In this document: positions 1-11,429 of the stretch, piece after piece | Position numbering within the stretch: position 1 is the stretch's first letter | Layout of the letters: each line of letters starts with the position of its first letter | NCBI GenBank assembly: GCA_043228905.1 | Contig: JBHGNT010000016.1 | Coordinates: 10,106,001 to 10,170,000 of the forward strand | Direction: 5' to 3' | Source: Azolla caroliniana | Lineage: Eukaryota; Plantae; Polypodiophyta | Length of the DNA: 64,000 bases | Program-made: the position numbers and the translations under genes | Notes under the pieces: generated by a model | Told to the model about the DNA's origin: nothing | The model's database searches: none | The model's input: only the letters and a program-made list of their open reading frames with translations

Positions 1-17
1 TACGGTTAGTTATTCAA

Positions 18-860
18 ATGCATCCGTCCCGATATCCCACCGATGCATCACGAGTGGGTTTAGTAGGCACGTTGTTAAATGGCTCAGCATTAGCATGGTT
101 CGCTCCGCTACTAGAAAAGGAATCTCCAGTACTAAATAATTTTGAAGAATTCATAAGTGAGTTTAAAGCATGTTTTGGAGATACTGACAGCATAAGGACT
201 GCAATCAACAAAATCCGGCGATTACGCCAAGGTGACCGTCCAGCCTCCGCATATGCTGCAGATTTCCGCCTACTCGCCGCCGATATCCCCTGGGATGATC
301 AAGCATTGATGGAGCAGTTCCGCTATGGTCTACGCAACGATGTCAAGGATTTACTCTTGACTTTCCCTGAAGAGCCAAAATCATTAACAGAAGCAATCAG
401 TCGAGCGGTCAGATGTGACAACCGCCTCTTCGAGCGACGTTCGGAACGACAATTTCAGATGCCGAGGGCAAGATCCGAGCCTACCTATGCCTCAATGGTA
501 GCGAAACCTTTTCAAAGGGAGTCACATAATGCGCCTCCAGTAAGTACTCCAACTCCAATGGAAATTGACACTACACGTCGTCGTGGGCCGCTATCGGAGG
601 AGGAAAAGCAACGACGCCGAACAAACCGATTATGCCTTTATTGCGGTGGACCAGGGCATATCGCGATAAACTGTCCCCATAGACCAAGAAGGCAGGTAAA
701 CCAAGTCATTGTTAGTTCTGACTATACTAAACCCGAGTCTATGTCAGTAGGAATCTCTGATAATCCTCATAGTCATAATAGTCCTAATAGTACTAATAGT
801 CCGAATCTCGCAAACAAATTTGATGTCCTTAGCCAATTAGAAGAAGAGTTAAACGACTAA
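18..860 (+). CDS. gag: Gag (retrotransposon gag domain + CCHC knuckle); true start probably upstream of the window
   Basis: LRQG..ASAYAADFRLLA capsid motif; CLYCGGPGHIAINC zinc knuckle; frame is open back to the window edge. Confidence 0.92.
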   Translation: MHPSRYPTDASRVGLVGTLLNGSALAWFAPLLEKESPVLNNFEEFISEFKACFGDTDSIRTAINKIRRLRQGDRPASAYAADFRLLAADIPWDDQALMEQFRYGLRNDVKDLLLTFPEEPKSLTEAISRAVRCDNRLFERRSERQFQMPRARSEPTYASMVAKPFQRESHNAPPVSTPTPMEIDTTRRRGPLSEEEKQRRRTNRLCLYCGGPGHIAINCPHRPRRQVNQVIVSSDYTKPESMSVGISDNPHSHNSPNSTNSPNLANKFDVLSQLEEELND

Positions 861-3800
861 GTCCAGCCAAAATAGGAGCCGTTTGGTTGGACAGCCCTAG
901 ATCTGTGCAGCCCATTAGTGGTTCCATTCCCTCTAAGCAAGTTAGTGATGTGTTCGTAGCCCAAGTAGCAGTTAGTACTAAAAGTACCCCTCCAGTACAT
1001 ACCTTAGCCCTTCTAGATTCCGGAGCTAATTCTTGCTTCATGGATAGGAATTTTGCCCGAGCTCATCAGATATCTCTCAGAAAGCTCCCATGTCCAGCCT
1101 CAGTAGTAGTCATTGATGGTCGTCCCATTGCTTCTGGTAATATCATAGAAGAGTCGGAACCCGTTAATATTGTCCTAGATAACTTAACATGTGTAGTATC
1201 ATTTAATATTATTAGTATTCCAGAACATCCCATAGTTTTAGGATTACCATGGTTCGAGTTACATAACCCAGACATAGATTGGAGGACAAGGGAAATCCGG
1301 TTGCGACAAACCCAAGGATCTACCCAGAAGGTTGCAACCATTTCGCTACGTCAGTTGCGTGAGGAAGGGCGCAAGGAGGAAATGTTTCTCTTCGCAATAT
1401 CAGTACAACCCTCCAGTACCACCAAAGAGGAGTCCACCGTTCAACTTCCCGAGAAGTATCGTCAGTATGCTGATGTGTTCGATAAAGTACAAGCCAACAC
1501 ACTTCCTCATCATCGGCCGTACGATTGCGCCATCGACTTACAACAGGGAAAAGAGCCGCCATGGGGGCCGATCTACAATTTGTCACCAACCGAGCTAGAA
1601 GTCCTTCGAGCCTATATAGAGGAGAATTTGGAGAACGGTTTCATTCGGCATTCGAAATCTCCAGCCGGCGCACCCATTTTCTTCGTCAAGAAAAAAGATG
1701 GCTCGCTTCGACTCGTTGTAGATTACCGTGGCTTGAATAAGGTCACAGTAAGAAATAGGTATGCTCTTCCCCTTATCTCAAGTCTTTTAGAACGGATCAA
1801 CGGTGCCAGGTTCTTCACGAAGATCGACTTACGAGGAGCCTATAACCTCGTACGGATCCGACCAGGAGATGAATGGAAGACCGCGTTTCGCACCAGATAT
1901 GGGCACTTCGAGTATACGGTCATGCCGTTCGGACTCACTAATGCGCCGGCAGTCTTCCAGCACATGGCGAATGATATATTTCGAGATCTCTTGGATGATT
2001 TTTTGATCATCTATTTGGATGATCTACTGGTTTATTCAAAGACCCAAGAAGAACATGATTCTCATGTACTATTAGTACTAAAACGACTTCGAGAACATGG
2101 TCTGTATGCAAAGTTAGAGAAATGTAGTTTCGGGTGCAACCAAGTGGAGTTTCTCGGCTATGTCATCTCCTCAGAAGGCATATCTATGGACCCAGCCAAG
2201 GTCAAAACGGTGATAGAATGGCACACTCCGCGTTCGGTGCGGGATGTGCAATGCTTCCTAGGCTTTGCAAATTTTTACCGGAAGTTCATACAAAATTACT
2301 CAAAAATTGTGCTGCCTCTCACACAGCTCACCAGGAAGGGACAATCATTCATTTGGTCTAAAGAGACGGACATGGCTTTCGAGAGTCTTAAGAAGGCGTT
2401 TACATCAGCTCCAATTTTAGGTCATGTGGATCCGGAAAAACCATTCATTATCGAAGCTGACGCATCGGATTTCGCATTGGGGAGCATTCTGTCACAACAG
2501 GGTAACGACGAGAAGCTACATCCTGTGGCTTTCCACTCCCGTAAGTTTGACGCCGCCGAAATCAACTACGAAATTCATGATAAAGAGCTATTAGCAATAG
2601 TTGATTCTTTTATGCAATGGAGGCATTTCCTGGAGGGATCTCCTCATCAGGTCACTGTATTCAGTGACCACAAGAACCTTGCCTACTTTCAAGATGCTCG
2701 TGTACTGAATCGACGTCAAGCTCGGTGGGCCCACTTCCTCACACGCTTCGACTTCAAAATTACATATCGTCCGGGGAAGCACCAAGGGAAGGCAGATGCA
2801 TTATCACGGCGTTCGTATCTAACACCACGTCCCGGTGAGCCAGCTTTCGATAACCAGAAGCAAGTAATCTTGGGTCCAGCACGACTGCAAGCAGCACAGG
2901 TCTTTGACATGCCCGTGGATTCCGACATTACCAATACTATACGTGAGGACTTGAAGACTGACGCTTTCGCCCAAGCTATACTAGCACAAATTGACCCCTC
3001 TCGAGCGTCATGTTCACAATCACAATCACCAGGTACGGATTATCGGCAATTCAAATACTGTGATGGATTACTCTTCTTTAAAGAACTTTTGTATGTTCCT
3101 AATGGTTCTTGCCGCCTTCGAGTAGTACAAAACTGCCATGACACATATACAGCAGGACATTTTGGTAGTACTAAAACATTAGATTTAGTACAACGATCAT
3201 TCTGGTGGCCCCGTATGCGACAATTTGTTGAAGATTTTGTTCGGACTTGCGATACATGCTGCAGAGCGAAAATGCCAAGACATCATCCATATGGTTTATT
3301 AGAACCATTACCAATTCCAAGCAAGCCATGGCAATCCATTGCTCTTGACTTCATTACAGATCTTCCAGTCTCTAAGGGATTCAGTGCGATTCTCACAGTG
3401 GTGGATCGATATACAAAGATGGCTCATTTCTTACCATGTACTAAAGAAATATCTAGTGAAGACACCGCCGAAATTGTCATGCGGGAAGTATGTCGGCATC
3501 ATGGACTCCCTGATAATATCATCAGCGATCGTGGACCCCAGTTTGTGTCAAAATTCTGGAAGCACCTTTTTAAAATGCTGAAGGTCACTTGTCACCTCTC
3601 CTCCGGCTACCACCCACAAACCGACGGTCAAGCTGAACGAACAAATCAAACACTGGAGCAGTATCTGCGGTGCTTTCTCAACTATCATCAGAATGACTGG
3701 GCAGATATTCTTCAGTTCGCCGAATTTGCCTATAATAACGCTATCCACGCATCGACTAAAGTCACGCCATTCTACGCTTATACAGGATATCATCCCCGGT

Positions 3801-4444
3801 GGTGTGTCCTTGAAACCCCAGAAGTGTCCACAAATCCTTGCGCGGAGGATCGTTTGGAGCGGTTACGCAAGATACAAGCGGATTTATCTACTCAACTCCA
3901 GCAAGCTCAACAATCACACAAGGACTACGCAGATCGTCATCGACTTCCATCCAGTTTTAACATTGGAGATCGGGTGTGGCTGCTACGACGACACATCAAG
4001 ACTACTCGTCCATGTGAGAAGTTGGATTATCGGCGATTAGGTCCTTTCCGTATTATCGGGAAGATTAATGATGTCGCTTTTCGTCTCGAGCTACCTCCGC
4101 AACTTCGGATACACCCGGTGTTTCATAGTTCTCTCCTCGAACCCTATCACGAGAGCACTATCCCAGGACGTACTATACAACCTCCACCTCCTATCGAGCT
4201 CGAAGATGGACCTGAGTATGAGGTCGCTGCCATCCTCGATTCCAAGATTGTTCGCAACAAGCTCTACTATCTAGTCGATTGGCTAGGATATAGTCCCAGC
4301 GAGCGTACTTGGGAACCGATCGAGAATGTGACCAATGCTCGTGCTCTTCTAGAAGACTTCCATCGACGATATCCCGAGAAACCGGGTCCTCAATCCAAAA
4401 CGACTCGTGAAACTCGTCGTTTTAAAGGGGGGATAGTGTCATAA
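833..4444 (+). CDS. pol: Pol polyprotein (protease, RT, RNase H, integrase, chromodomain), in the -1 frame relative to gag
   Basis: LLDSGA protease; YLDD RT; EADASDF RNase H; H..H..CDTC plus DDE integrase; YEVAAILDSK...WLGY...TWEP chromodomain. Uninterrupted 1185-aa ORF; frame opens at 833. Confidence 0.96.
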   Translation, partial: PIRRRVKRLSPAKIGAVWLDSPRSVQPISGSIPSKQVSDVFVAQVAVSTKSTPPVHTLALLDSGANSCFMDRNFARAHQISLRKLPCPASVVVIDGRPIASGNIIEESEPVNIVLDNLTCVVSFNIISIPEHPIVLGLPWFELHNPDIDWRTREIRLRQTQGSTQKVATISLRQLREEGRKEEMFLFAISVQPSSTTKEESTVQLPEKYRQYADVFDKVQANTLPHHRPYDCAIDLQQGKEPPWGPIYNLSPTELEVLRAYIEENLENGFIRHSKSPAGAPIFFVKKKDGSLRLVVDYRGLNKVTVRNRYALPLISSLLERINGARFFTKIDLRGAYNLVRIRPGDEWKTAFRTRYGHFEYTVMPFGLTNAPAVFQHMANDIFRDLLDDFLIIYLDDLLVYSKTQEEHDSHVLLVLKRLREHGLYAKLEKCSFGCNQVEFLGYVISSEGISMDPAKVKTVIEWHTPRSVRDVQCFLGFANFYRKFIQNYSKIVLPLTQLTRKGQSFIWSKETDMAFESLKKAFTSAPILGHVDPEKPFIIEADASDFALGSILSQQGNDEKLHPVAFHSRKFDAAEINYEIHDKELLAIVDSFMQWRHFLEGSPHQVTVFSDHKNLAYFQDARVLNRRQARWAHFLTRFDFKITYRPGKHQGKADALSRRSYLTPRPGEPAFDNQKQVILGPARLQAAQVFDMPVDSDITNTIREDLKTDAFAQAILAQIDPSRASCSQSQSPGTDYRQFKYCDGLLFFKELLYVPNGSCRLRVVQNCHDTYTAGHFGSTKTLDLVQRSFWWPRMRQFVEDFVRTCDTCCRAKMPRHHPYGLLEPLPIPSKPWQSIALDFITDLPVSKGFSAILTVVDRYTKMAHFLPCTKEISSEDTAEIVMREVCRHHGLPDNIISDRGPQFVSKFWKHLFKMLKVTCHLSSGYHPQTDGQAERTNQTLEQYLRCFLNYHQNDWADILQFAEFAYNNAIHASTKVTPFYAYTGYHPRWCVLETPEVSTNPCAEDRLERLRKIQADLSTQLQQAQQSHKDYADRHRLPSSFNIGDRVWLLRRHIKTTRPCEKLDYRRLGPFRIIGKINDVAFRLELPPQLRIHPVFHSSLLEPYHESTIPGRTIQPPPPIELEDGPEYEVAAILDSKIVRNKLYYLVDWLGYSPSERTWEPIENVTNARALLEDFHRRYPEKPGPQSKTTRETRRFKGGIVS
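848..899 (+). promoter_or_regulatory. -1 programmed ribosomal frameshift signal
   Basis: G_TTA_AAC (848-854) in gag phase, 6-nt spacer, stem 861-871/882-892, loop tagg (873-876) able to pair with ccta (896-899). Confidence 0.75.
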
Positions 4445-4729
4445 CTAGACTCGAACCCATAACCTTTTGTTACACGGGTCGAGACTTTACCATTAGGTTA
4501 TGAGTTGTAATTTGAAGGATATTATTTTCATTTAGGTTTTATTAGGAAATTGATGTATATTCCAGATTTCTCTGGAACATTCTAGAAACTTCAGGAGTAT
4601 TCCTGAAGACACTATAAAAGGAGGCGCAAGGCATTAGTTCGAACCAAATCGGTTCAACGCCAGTCTTAAGCCTTCTAACTACTGTTGTATATCTTCCGTC
4701 ATATAATACATATATCTTTCGCATCATCA

Positions 4730-4771
<42 letters not shown>

Positions 4772-4906
4772 TCACTCATTCCTTCTCTCAAAGTTCGACA
4801 CCTCTCATAGTACTAATCCTTCTCTGTCTTAGTACTATTCTCCAACAATAGTACTAATCCTTCTTTTAGTACTAATTCCTTCTCTGCCTTAATAGAGTTC
4901 CTGACA
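4437..4906 (+). repeat. 3' LTR of the chromovirus (470 bp)
   Basis: TGTCA...TGACA ends, preceding PPT, TATA-like ctataaaag at ~4612, (CT)n tract. Confidence 0.88.
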
Positions 4907-5907
4907 GTTCCCTCATCCGGCTCGTCCAATCTAGGTCCTCTCGTTCTCATCCGGATCGCATCCGAAGGGACCGAAATCCGAACAAATTCCCCCTTCACTC
5001 CGGCATGGGATTTCTCGTTAATCCGATCGGTCTTCGACACATGTCCAGCTTGTCGGTTGAAAGCACCTTGGTCGGCATATTTGATCCGTTCTCCTTTATG
5101 TGGATCTTTGTCAGCACGAAGTCTTAATCTTCTACCTTCTCTCGGAGCTAGTGATATCTCCTCTGGATGTGCTTGGTCCTTGAATGGTAGGCCGCATTCT
5201 TCGCAAGGTGGATGGCACTTTGACTGTTGCAATAGAGTCGGAATTCCTCCTGCCAGATCCCTAGCTCTCCGATGAAGTCCTTCATCCAGATTATCTCCTT
5301 GCTTCCACAACTACCATGTACTCTGCTTCCGTTGTCAATAGTGCAATGAACTTCTACAACCTCGACTGCCATGACACAACCCCCCCCTGCATAAGTCATG
5401 AGATATCCGGATGTTGACCAGTTGGTATTCGCATCAGCCGACATATCCGAATCCATGAATCCGTCAAGTTGGGGTTTACCGGAGCCAAACCGGAGGCACA
5501 TACTCGAGGTGCCTTTCAGATACTGGAGTATCCACTTGACCGTGTTCAAGTGCTCTCTTCCCAGATTGCTCATGAACCGGCTGACAACTCCGATAGCATA
5601 TGCAATATCCAGCCGAGTGCACACCATTGCATACATTAGGCTTCTGACGACAGAGGCATATGGTATTTGTTGGGAAATCGGTCCCTCCAGATGGGATCCA
5701 GTTATGAATGAAGTGGACCCGGTGAGAACCGGAAAAGATCTGGAAATCGGATTGGACCAGAAATCGGATCGAACAGACTCAGTGAGAATTGGATGAGAAG
5801 ACATATTTGTAAATAGCCCTAAGTTCATATAAGTATAAATATGACTTAGGGCAATCACGTTGTAACGTTCTTGTCATATTGTTGTATGTGCATAATTGAT
5901 GTACTGA

Positions 5908-6697
5908 GAGAATTAGAATTAGAATTTTTATCGTCCATAAAGAGGCCAATTTTGACCTATGGGACCAGGGTATACATGTGTTCTTGATATATGTCTCCTT
6001 CCTAAGAAGGGGTATTCATATGTTGAAGCACAAAGTCTCTATGTGTTAATAAAGCATACACATATGAACTCAACCTTCTAGGTGGTGTCTTAAGTATGGA
6101 TCTTAAGTTATCACTCCCTCTTAGTATGTCAACATATCTTGAACGAATTGCACTATATATCGAGCATGTGAAGAGCAAGTGACATTCATCCCCTACCATG
6201 CCTTCATTGCATACTTTACATGTCTTCAAATTCGTTACATTTTGATACCATGATGCAACTTCAATACCTAACTTGTGAGATTGAGTGCGAAGTAGTGTAA
6301 GGGCTCTAAGAGCATTGCTACTCATATTGGTAATGAGATAAGGTTGGATACGATCAATAGACATTCTTGCTTTATATTGAGACCAACATTCAGGGTTGAT
6401 ATTTGCAATGTAGTATTCTAGCTTTGTCCTCTTAGCATCCTCCCACTTCATCCTTAATGATTCCACCAACCTTTCCTCAATCATTACATATTGCATAGCA
6501 TTGCCTGAAAGCTCTAAAAGATCATCCACACCCCATCTTCTAAACCATTTCTTTATTTCAACAACCCAACCAGATGAGAGAATCTTACTTTTATGATTCT
6601 TTTGTAGCTTACATCCAACATTCCAAGAAAGATGTGGTAATCGATGATTCGGCATATTCTTGACTTTTGTAATGTATTTATATACTTTTTGGAGTGC
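5908..6697 (-). mobile_element. 5'-truncated LINE (RTE-like) 3' fragment
   Basis: ORF 6002-6700 is homologous to the C-terminus of the 56098-57828 LINE ORF (HRLP..W...HKSKIL, CxxC...HLLFTC); 3' hairpin and (TTCTAA)n tail. Confidence 0.85.
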
Positions 6698-6706
6698 CAA
6701 TAGAGA

Positions 6707-6762
6707 GATAGATAGATAGATAGATAGATTATATTATCGTCTTCGGAGGTCAAATATGACCT
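6707..6762 (-). mobile_element. ~55-bp LINE 3' tail insertion
   Basis: Matches 57851-57900 (aggtcatatttgacctccgaagacgataatataa(tcta)n); flanked by aatagaga on both sides. Confidence 0.75.
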
Positions 6763-6778
6763 AATAGAGAGAGAGAGA

Positions 6779-6816
<38 letters not shown>

Positions 6817-9800
6817 GCAATACTCTGTTGTAACCATCGGCTGGCGAAGATACAGAGCTCGAGGTCGTTGCCTCGGAGTCTCTGTTTTGTACCTTTCATA
6901 TATAGTGATAGTTAGGAGTCTGTGGGGTCCCGTGGTTTTTCCCATTTAGGGTTTGCCATGTAAACATCCTGTGTACTCTCTATTGTCTGTGTGTGTACCT
7001 GCGTTCACTCCCTACTTCCCATTTCTGTGTTTGATTCTCAGCGACAAGTGAATCAAGACTTGGTCGTAGCCGAGTAATATTCCGCGCATTATCTCATCAA
7101 TATCGTTGTCATATCCAACTTCTCTGCCTTTGTCTTCGGGCTTTGCTTTCCAGATAGCTTGCAGTTTGCCGGAAGTATAGATTCGACCGATTTTGCCTCC
7201 GACATGTTGAACTATTGAAGTAGCTTTGTCACGTACTTCTCCTTCTTCAACCGGTCTCGGATGATGTGCATCCCCTCTATCTTGCCAGACCCAAATCTTT
7301 CATTGAGAAGGTCTGGTTCAGGGCCTTCTTCAGCTTTCATAACTTGACTTGGTCTCATCCGACGATCAACATGTCGTCCACGTACAGGAGCAATATCAGG
7401 AAATCTCCTCCGTCAAATTTCTTCACAAACACACAACGATCAGCTTGCATTTTGTGGTACCCTTGATCGGTCATGAAGGAGTCGAACTTCTAGTACCATT
7501 GTCCGGGGGCTTGCTTCAATTTGTATAAGCTCTTCTTCAGCCAGCACACTAGATACTCCTTCCCTTTCTAATCAAATCCTTCCGATTGATGCATGTAGAT
7601 CTCTTCTTCAAGGTCACCATGTAGGAATGTCGACTTGACGTCCAGTTGCTCTACCTTGAGCTCCATGCTTGCAGCTATGCTCAATACCGTCCAGATGGAT
7701 GTCATCTTTCCAATTGGGGCAAAGTTCTCACCGAAATCCACACCTTTCTTCTGCTCAAAACCCTTCACTACGATCCGGGCCTTGTACCTCGGTGGATTTC
7801 TGGTGTCTCCCAGTTTTAGCTTGTACACCCACTTATTTCGAAGTGCCCTCTTTCCTTTCGGCAGCTGCGTCAATTCATATGTGTGGTTCTCATGGAGGGA
7901 ATCCATCTCATCTTGCATGGCACTTAACCACTTGCGGTTGTGATTGTCTATCTTTGCTTCCTCGAAGCTTTCCTTCTCCACCTCATCAGACAGCAATATG
8001 TGCTCTGCATCTGGAAATCTCTGGGGGGCTCTTCTCTCCCTGAGAGGGTATCTTCGTCATTGGTCTCCGGCAACCGATTCCTTCGTCTGTTCCTCATCTG
8101 AATCTGATTCAGGATCTTGTCCAGTTCCGATGTCTTCTTCCTATTCTTCTTCGGTCGGTTTGGTTTCTTGTCCAAATCCGGCCGGTTCATTGAGTGTCAA
8201 TCTGTTACCGGCTATCTTTCGGTTTTTAACCGAGTAGGTCCTTGTGTCCTCAAACCGATTTTCATTTGATGATCCAGAGTTCTTCACCTTCTTCTCCGAC
8301 TCCCAATTGGCAATGGTCCTATCTTCCATGAAGACTATATCCCGACTCCGAAACACCTTCTTGTCAACCAGATCCCATACTCGATATCCCAACTCATCAT
8401 CTTGTATCCAAGGAATATGCATGGCTGGGTCTTCAGATCCAACTTTGCTCTCTTTTCCTTTGCGACATGCACATATGCGAGACAACCAAACACGTTCAAA
8501 TGCCGGTAAGATACATCTATACCGATCCATACTTTCTGTGGTGAGTCTCCATCCAAGGGTGTTGAGGGTGATTTGTTTATCACATAGGTCGCCATCATCA
8601 GCGCCTCAGCCCAAAACTTCTTGGGTAACTTGGCATGTGCTAGCATGCTTCAGACTCTCTCCATTATGGTCCGATTCATCCATTCAGCTAGCCCATTCAA
8701 TTTCTGGCTTCTTCGGCATGGTAAATTCGAGCCAGATTCCCTTTGACTGGCAGTACTCCTCGAACTACCCCCGGTATTCTCCTCCGTTATCTGCTCAAAC
8801 CGCCTTCACCTTCTAGCCGGTTTCTCTTTCCACTCTCGCGTGGAGCTCCTTGAAGACAGACAACACCTGATCCTTTCTCTTCAATGGTGAGACCCACAGC
8901 TTCCGGTTGTGGTCGTCAATGAACGTCACGAGGTACTGCGATCCGGCATGTGACTTCGTGTCCACTTGACACACATTGGTATGCACCAACTCTAGTGGTG
9001 CATTCTGTCTCATTGGTGGTCTTGACCGGAAGGAGGTTTGGTTTTTGCTTGCCGGGGAAGCAATCGGTGCACTTCTCAAGTTGCACGTCTTTCACCTCCG
9101 GAATGAGGTTATCTTTGGCAAGTCTTCTCATTCCCATTTTGGCTCATGTGACACAGTCTCTTGTGACACAGCTCATCAACAATGTCGGATGCTACGTTCA
9201 CTTCTTCCCAGCATATTCAGGCAGGCATTAGATACAACGTGTTGATCTTTCGGGCTCGAGCCAGAATCAAGCTTCCCTTGCTAAACTTCATGACTCCGTT
9301 CCGGATGCTACCCGTGTAACCTTCATCATCTAGCCGACCGGCTGATATTAGGTTCAAATGAACCTCCGGAACATGTCAGACGTCTTTCAACAGGAATTTG
9401 CATCCAGTTGATGTTGTCAACAACACATCTCCTATGCCGACAATTCGGCATGTACCTTCATTCCCCATCAGGACATAACCGTGATCTCCGACTATGTAGG
9501 ATGAGAATCATTTCCAGTCCGGCGTCAAATGGAACAACGCTCCGGAATCAACATCCCACGTTGTCTCATCACTGACACGGTTTAACTCATTCTCCTCGAT
9601 AATGAGCATTAGTTCTTCTTCACTTGTCACAATTGTCGACGTTCCCTTCTAATCCGAGCGTCTCCGGTTCAAACTCTTCTTCGAATCAGTACTGTTGATC
9701 CCTTTCTCTTTCCGGAAATGCCGAATTGTCGGGTGAGATACTTCGAGCGAAGTTGTTTTATTTATGAATCCCTTAAATGCATTCATGTGCTCTGCCATGC

Positions 9801-10401
9801 TGGATCCGTCCTGGTACCAGAGTCTCACTAACTTCTGGAATACCGAAACCCGATTAAGACAGTTTTACTCTCCAACATAGTGCTAATCTTCCCCCAGAGC
9901 ACATGAGCTTTACTTTCTTCATTGAAGTTGTTATATAGGCTCATGTCGATGAAGCACCGGATGTATGCCATTGTCTTCATGTGCATCACCTCCCATGTTG
10001 TGGCATCGATCTTGTCTGGTTTCTTGTCCCCGAACTATACCGGCAGCCAGAGATCTTTGACCACGAGCATGTCCCTCATCTTCGACTTCCACACTGGGTA
10101 GTTGGAGCTGGTGAGCTTGAACATGTCGTCGAATGATTCTTCCAATTCCTTTGTTCGCTCTGATACCATTTTGTGCGGAAATGACGCCCGACTACAAGCT
10201 AGCCTTCAACAAGGAATAGAAGAGAACAAACTAACAACTAGATGACACATGATGTTTACGTGGAAAACCCTAAATGGGAAAAAGCACGGGAGCCAACAAA
10301 CTCGTTCTATCACTATAAGTGGAGAATAACAATGTGAGACTTAGAGGCAATGACCTCGAGCTCTATGTCTTTGTGAATGGCGGTTACAAACAGAAAACTA
10401 G

Positions 10402-10458
<57 letters not shown>

Positions 10459-10463
<5 letters not shown>

Positions 10464-10771
10464 ACAACAATATTTGTGTATCTGTGTAAACCACGACCTA
10501 CAGTAAGAAGGCGTTCGGTTGTAGCCGTATCCTATTATGCCTTACCCTCGTGGTCTCTCAGTAACGCATTACTCATTCCCGTAGGTTAAGGCTAGACGCA
10601 TTACCATGATCTTCTTCAGCCATACCCGGAAGTACTGAGGGTAAGCCGTGTTCCTAATTGTTAACACCTTAAGGCTAGAAGCCAAACAGATTGCAACCGG
10701 CTTAGTTGGATAGCAATAGAAACCGTAAAGAATGGAAAACACAAAGTAGGTGAGACAGACAGAGCAATACA

Positions 10772-10817
<46 letters not shown>

Positions 10818-11135
10818 ACAACAATATTTGTGTATCTGTGTAAACCACGACCTCCAGTAAGAAGGCGTTCGGTTGTAGCCGTATCCTATTATGCCTTACC
10901 CTCGTGGTCTCTCAGTAACGCATTACTCATTCCCGTAGGTTAAGGCTAGACGCATTACCATGATCTTCTTTAGCCATACCCGGAAGTACTGAGGGTAAGC
11001 CGTGTTCCTAATTGTTAACACCTTAAGGCTAGAAGCCAAACAGATTGCAACCGGCTCAGTTGGATAGCAATAGAAACCGTAAAGAATGGAAAACACAAAG
11101 TAGGTGAGACAGACAGAGCAATACAACAAATCTCT
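10459..11135. repeat. Near-identical tandem duplication, period 354 bp, bounded by (CT)n
   Basis: tgtatacaacaatatttg at 10459 and 10813; about 3 substitutions seen. Confidence 0.9.
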
Positions 11136-11429
11136 ATTGCAAAAAGGCTCTGTAAAAACTTTGTACATACAAATGTGCATCATAACACTTTTTATACAAG
11201 TCCTTGAAAGGACTAACAGAAGTACTGACAAGTACTTCAAGCTAAAAGCATGCGAGTGGAAACACTATTATTGCTAATTAGCTACTAAAATGGCCACAAC
11301 TAATTAGCTATTTGTTTAGCTAGTTTTTTGTGGGAAAATCATAAGGATGGTTTACGAAATTTTATGTTTTATTAGTTAAATACATGTCATTTAATTTATG
11401 AGAATACTCAAATATTTTATGTTTTATAA

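Larger units (their letters stand above)
1..4906 (+). mobile_element. Ty3/Gypsy chromovirus (Tcn1-like), 5' part outside window, coding region apparently intact
   Basis: Gag then PR-RT-RH-INT-chromodomain pol. PPT aaaggggggatag precedes the 3' LTR TGTCA...TGACA (4437-4906). Inserted into a Copia LTR. Confidence 0.95.
5668..7099 (+). mobile_element. Copia-type solo LTR inserted in the RT of the host Copia, itself carrying LINE fragments
   Basis: TGTTGGG...CATCA ends; degenerate TSD gtatt/atatc; host RT resumes after 7099; 5' end resembles LTR starts at 4984, 21364 and 23319. Confidence 0.7.
4907..10440 (-). mobile_element. Degenerate Ty1/Copia element with nested insertions
   Basis: PBS TGGTATCAGAGC (10157-10168, minus). 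Gag, protease, integrase, RT and RNase H fragments broken by stops and frameshifts. PPT aagggggaat and start of 3' LTR at ~4984. Confidence 0.88.

Noticed and set aside
4446-4502. Functional tRNA gene
   Set aside because: Only A/B boxes are visible; no convincing acceptor stem or cloverleaf.
11236-11240. 5-bp TSD TTCAA for copy 1
   Set aside because: Possible, but symmetric TIR alignment and copy 2 (TAGC) favour 4 bp with a mutated terminus.
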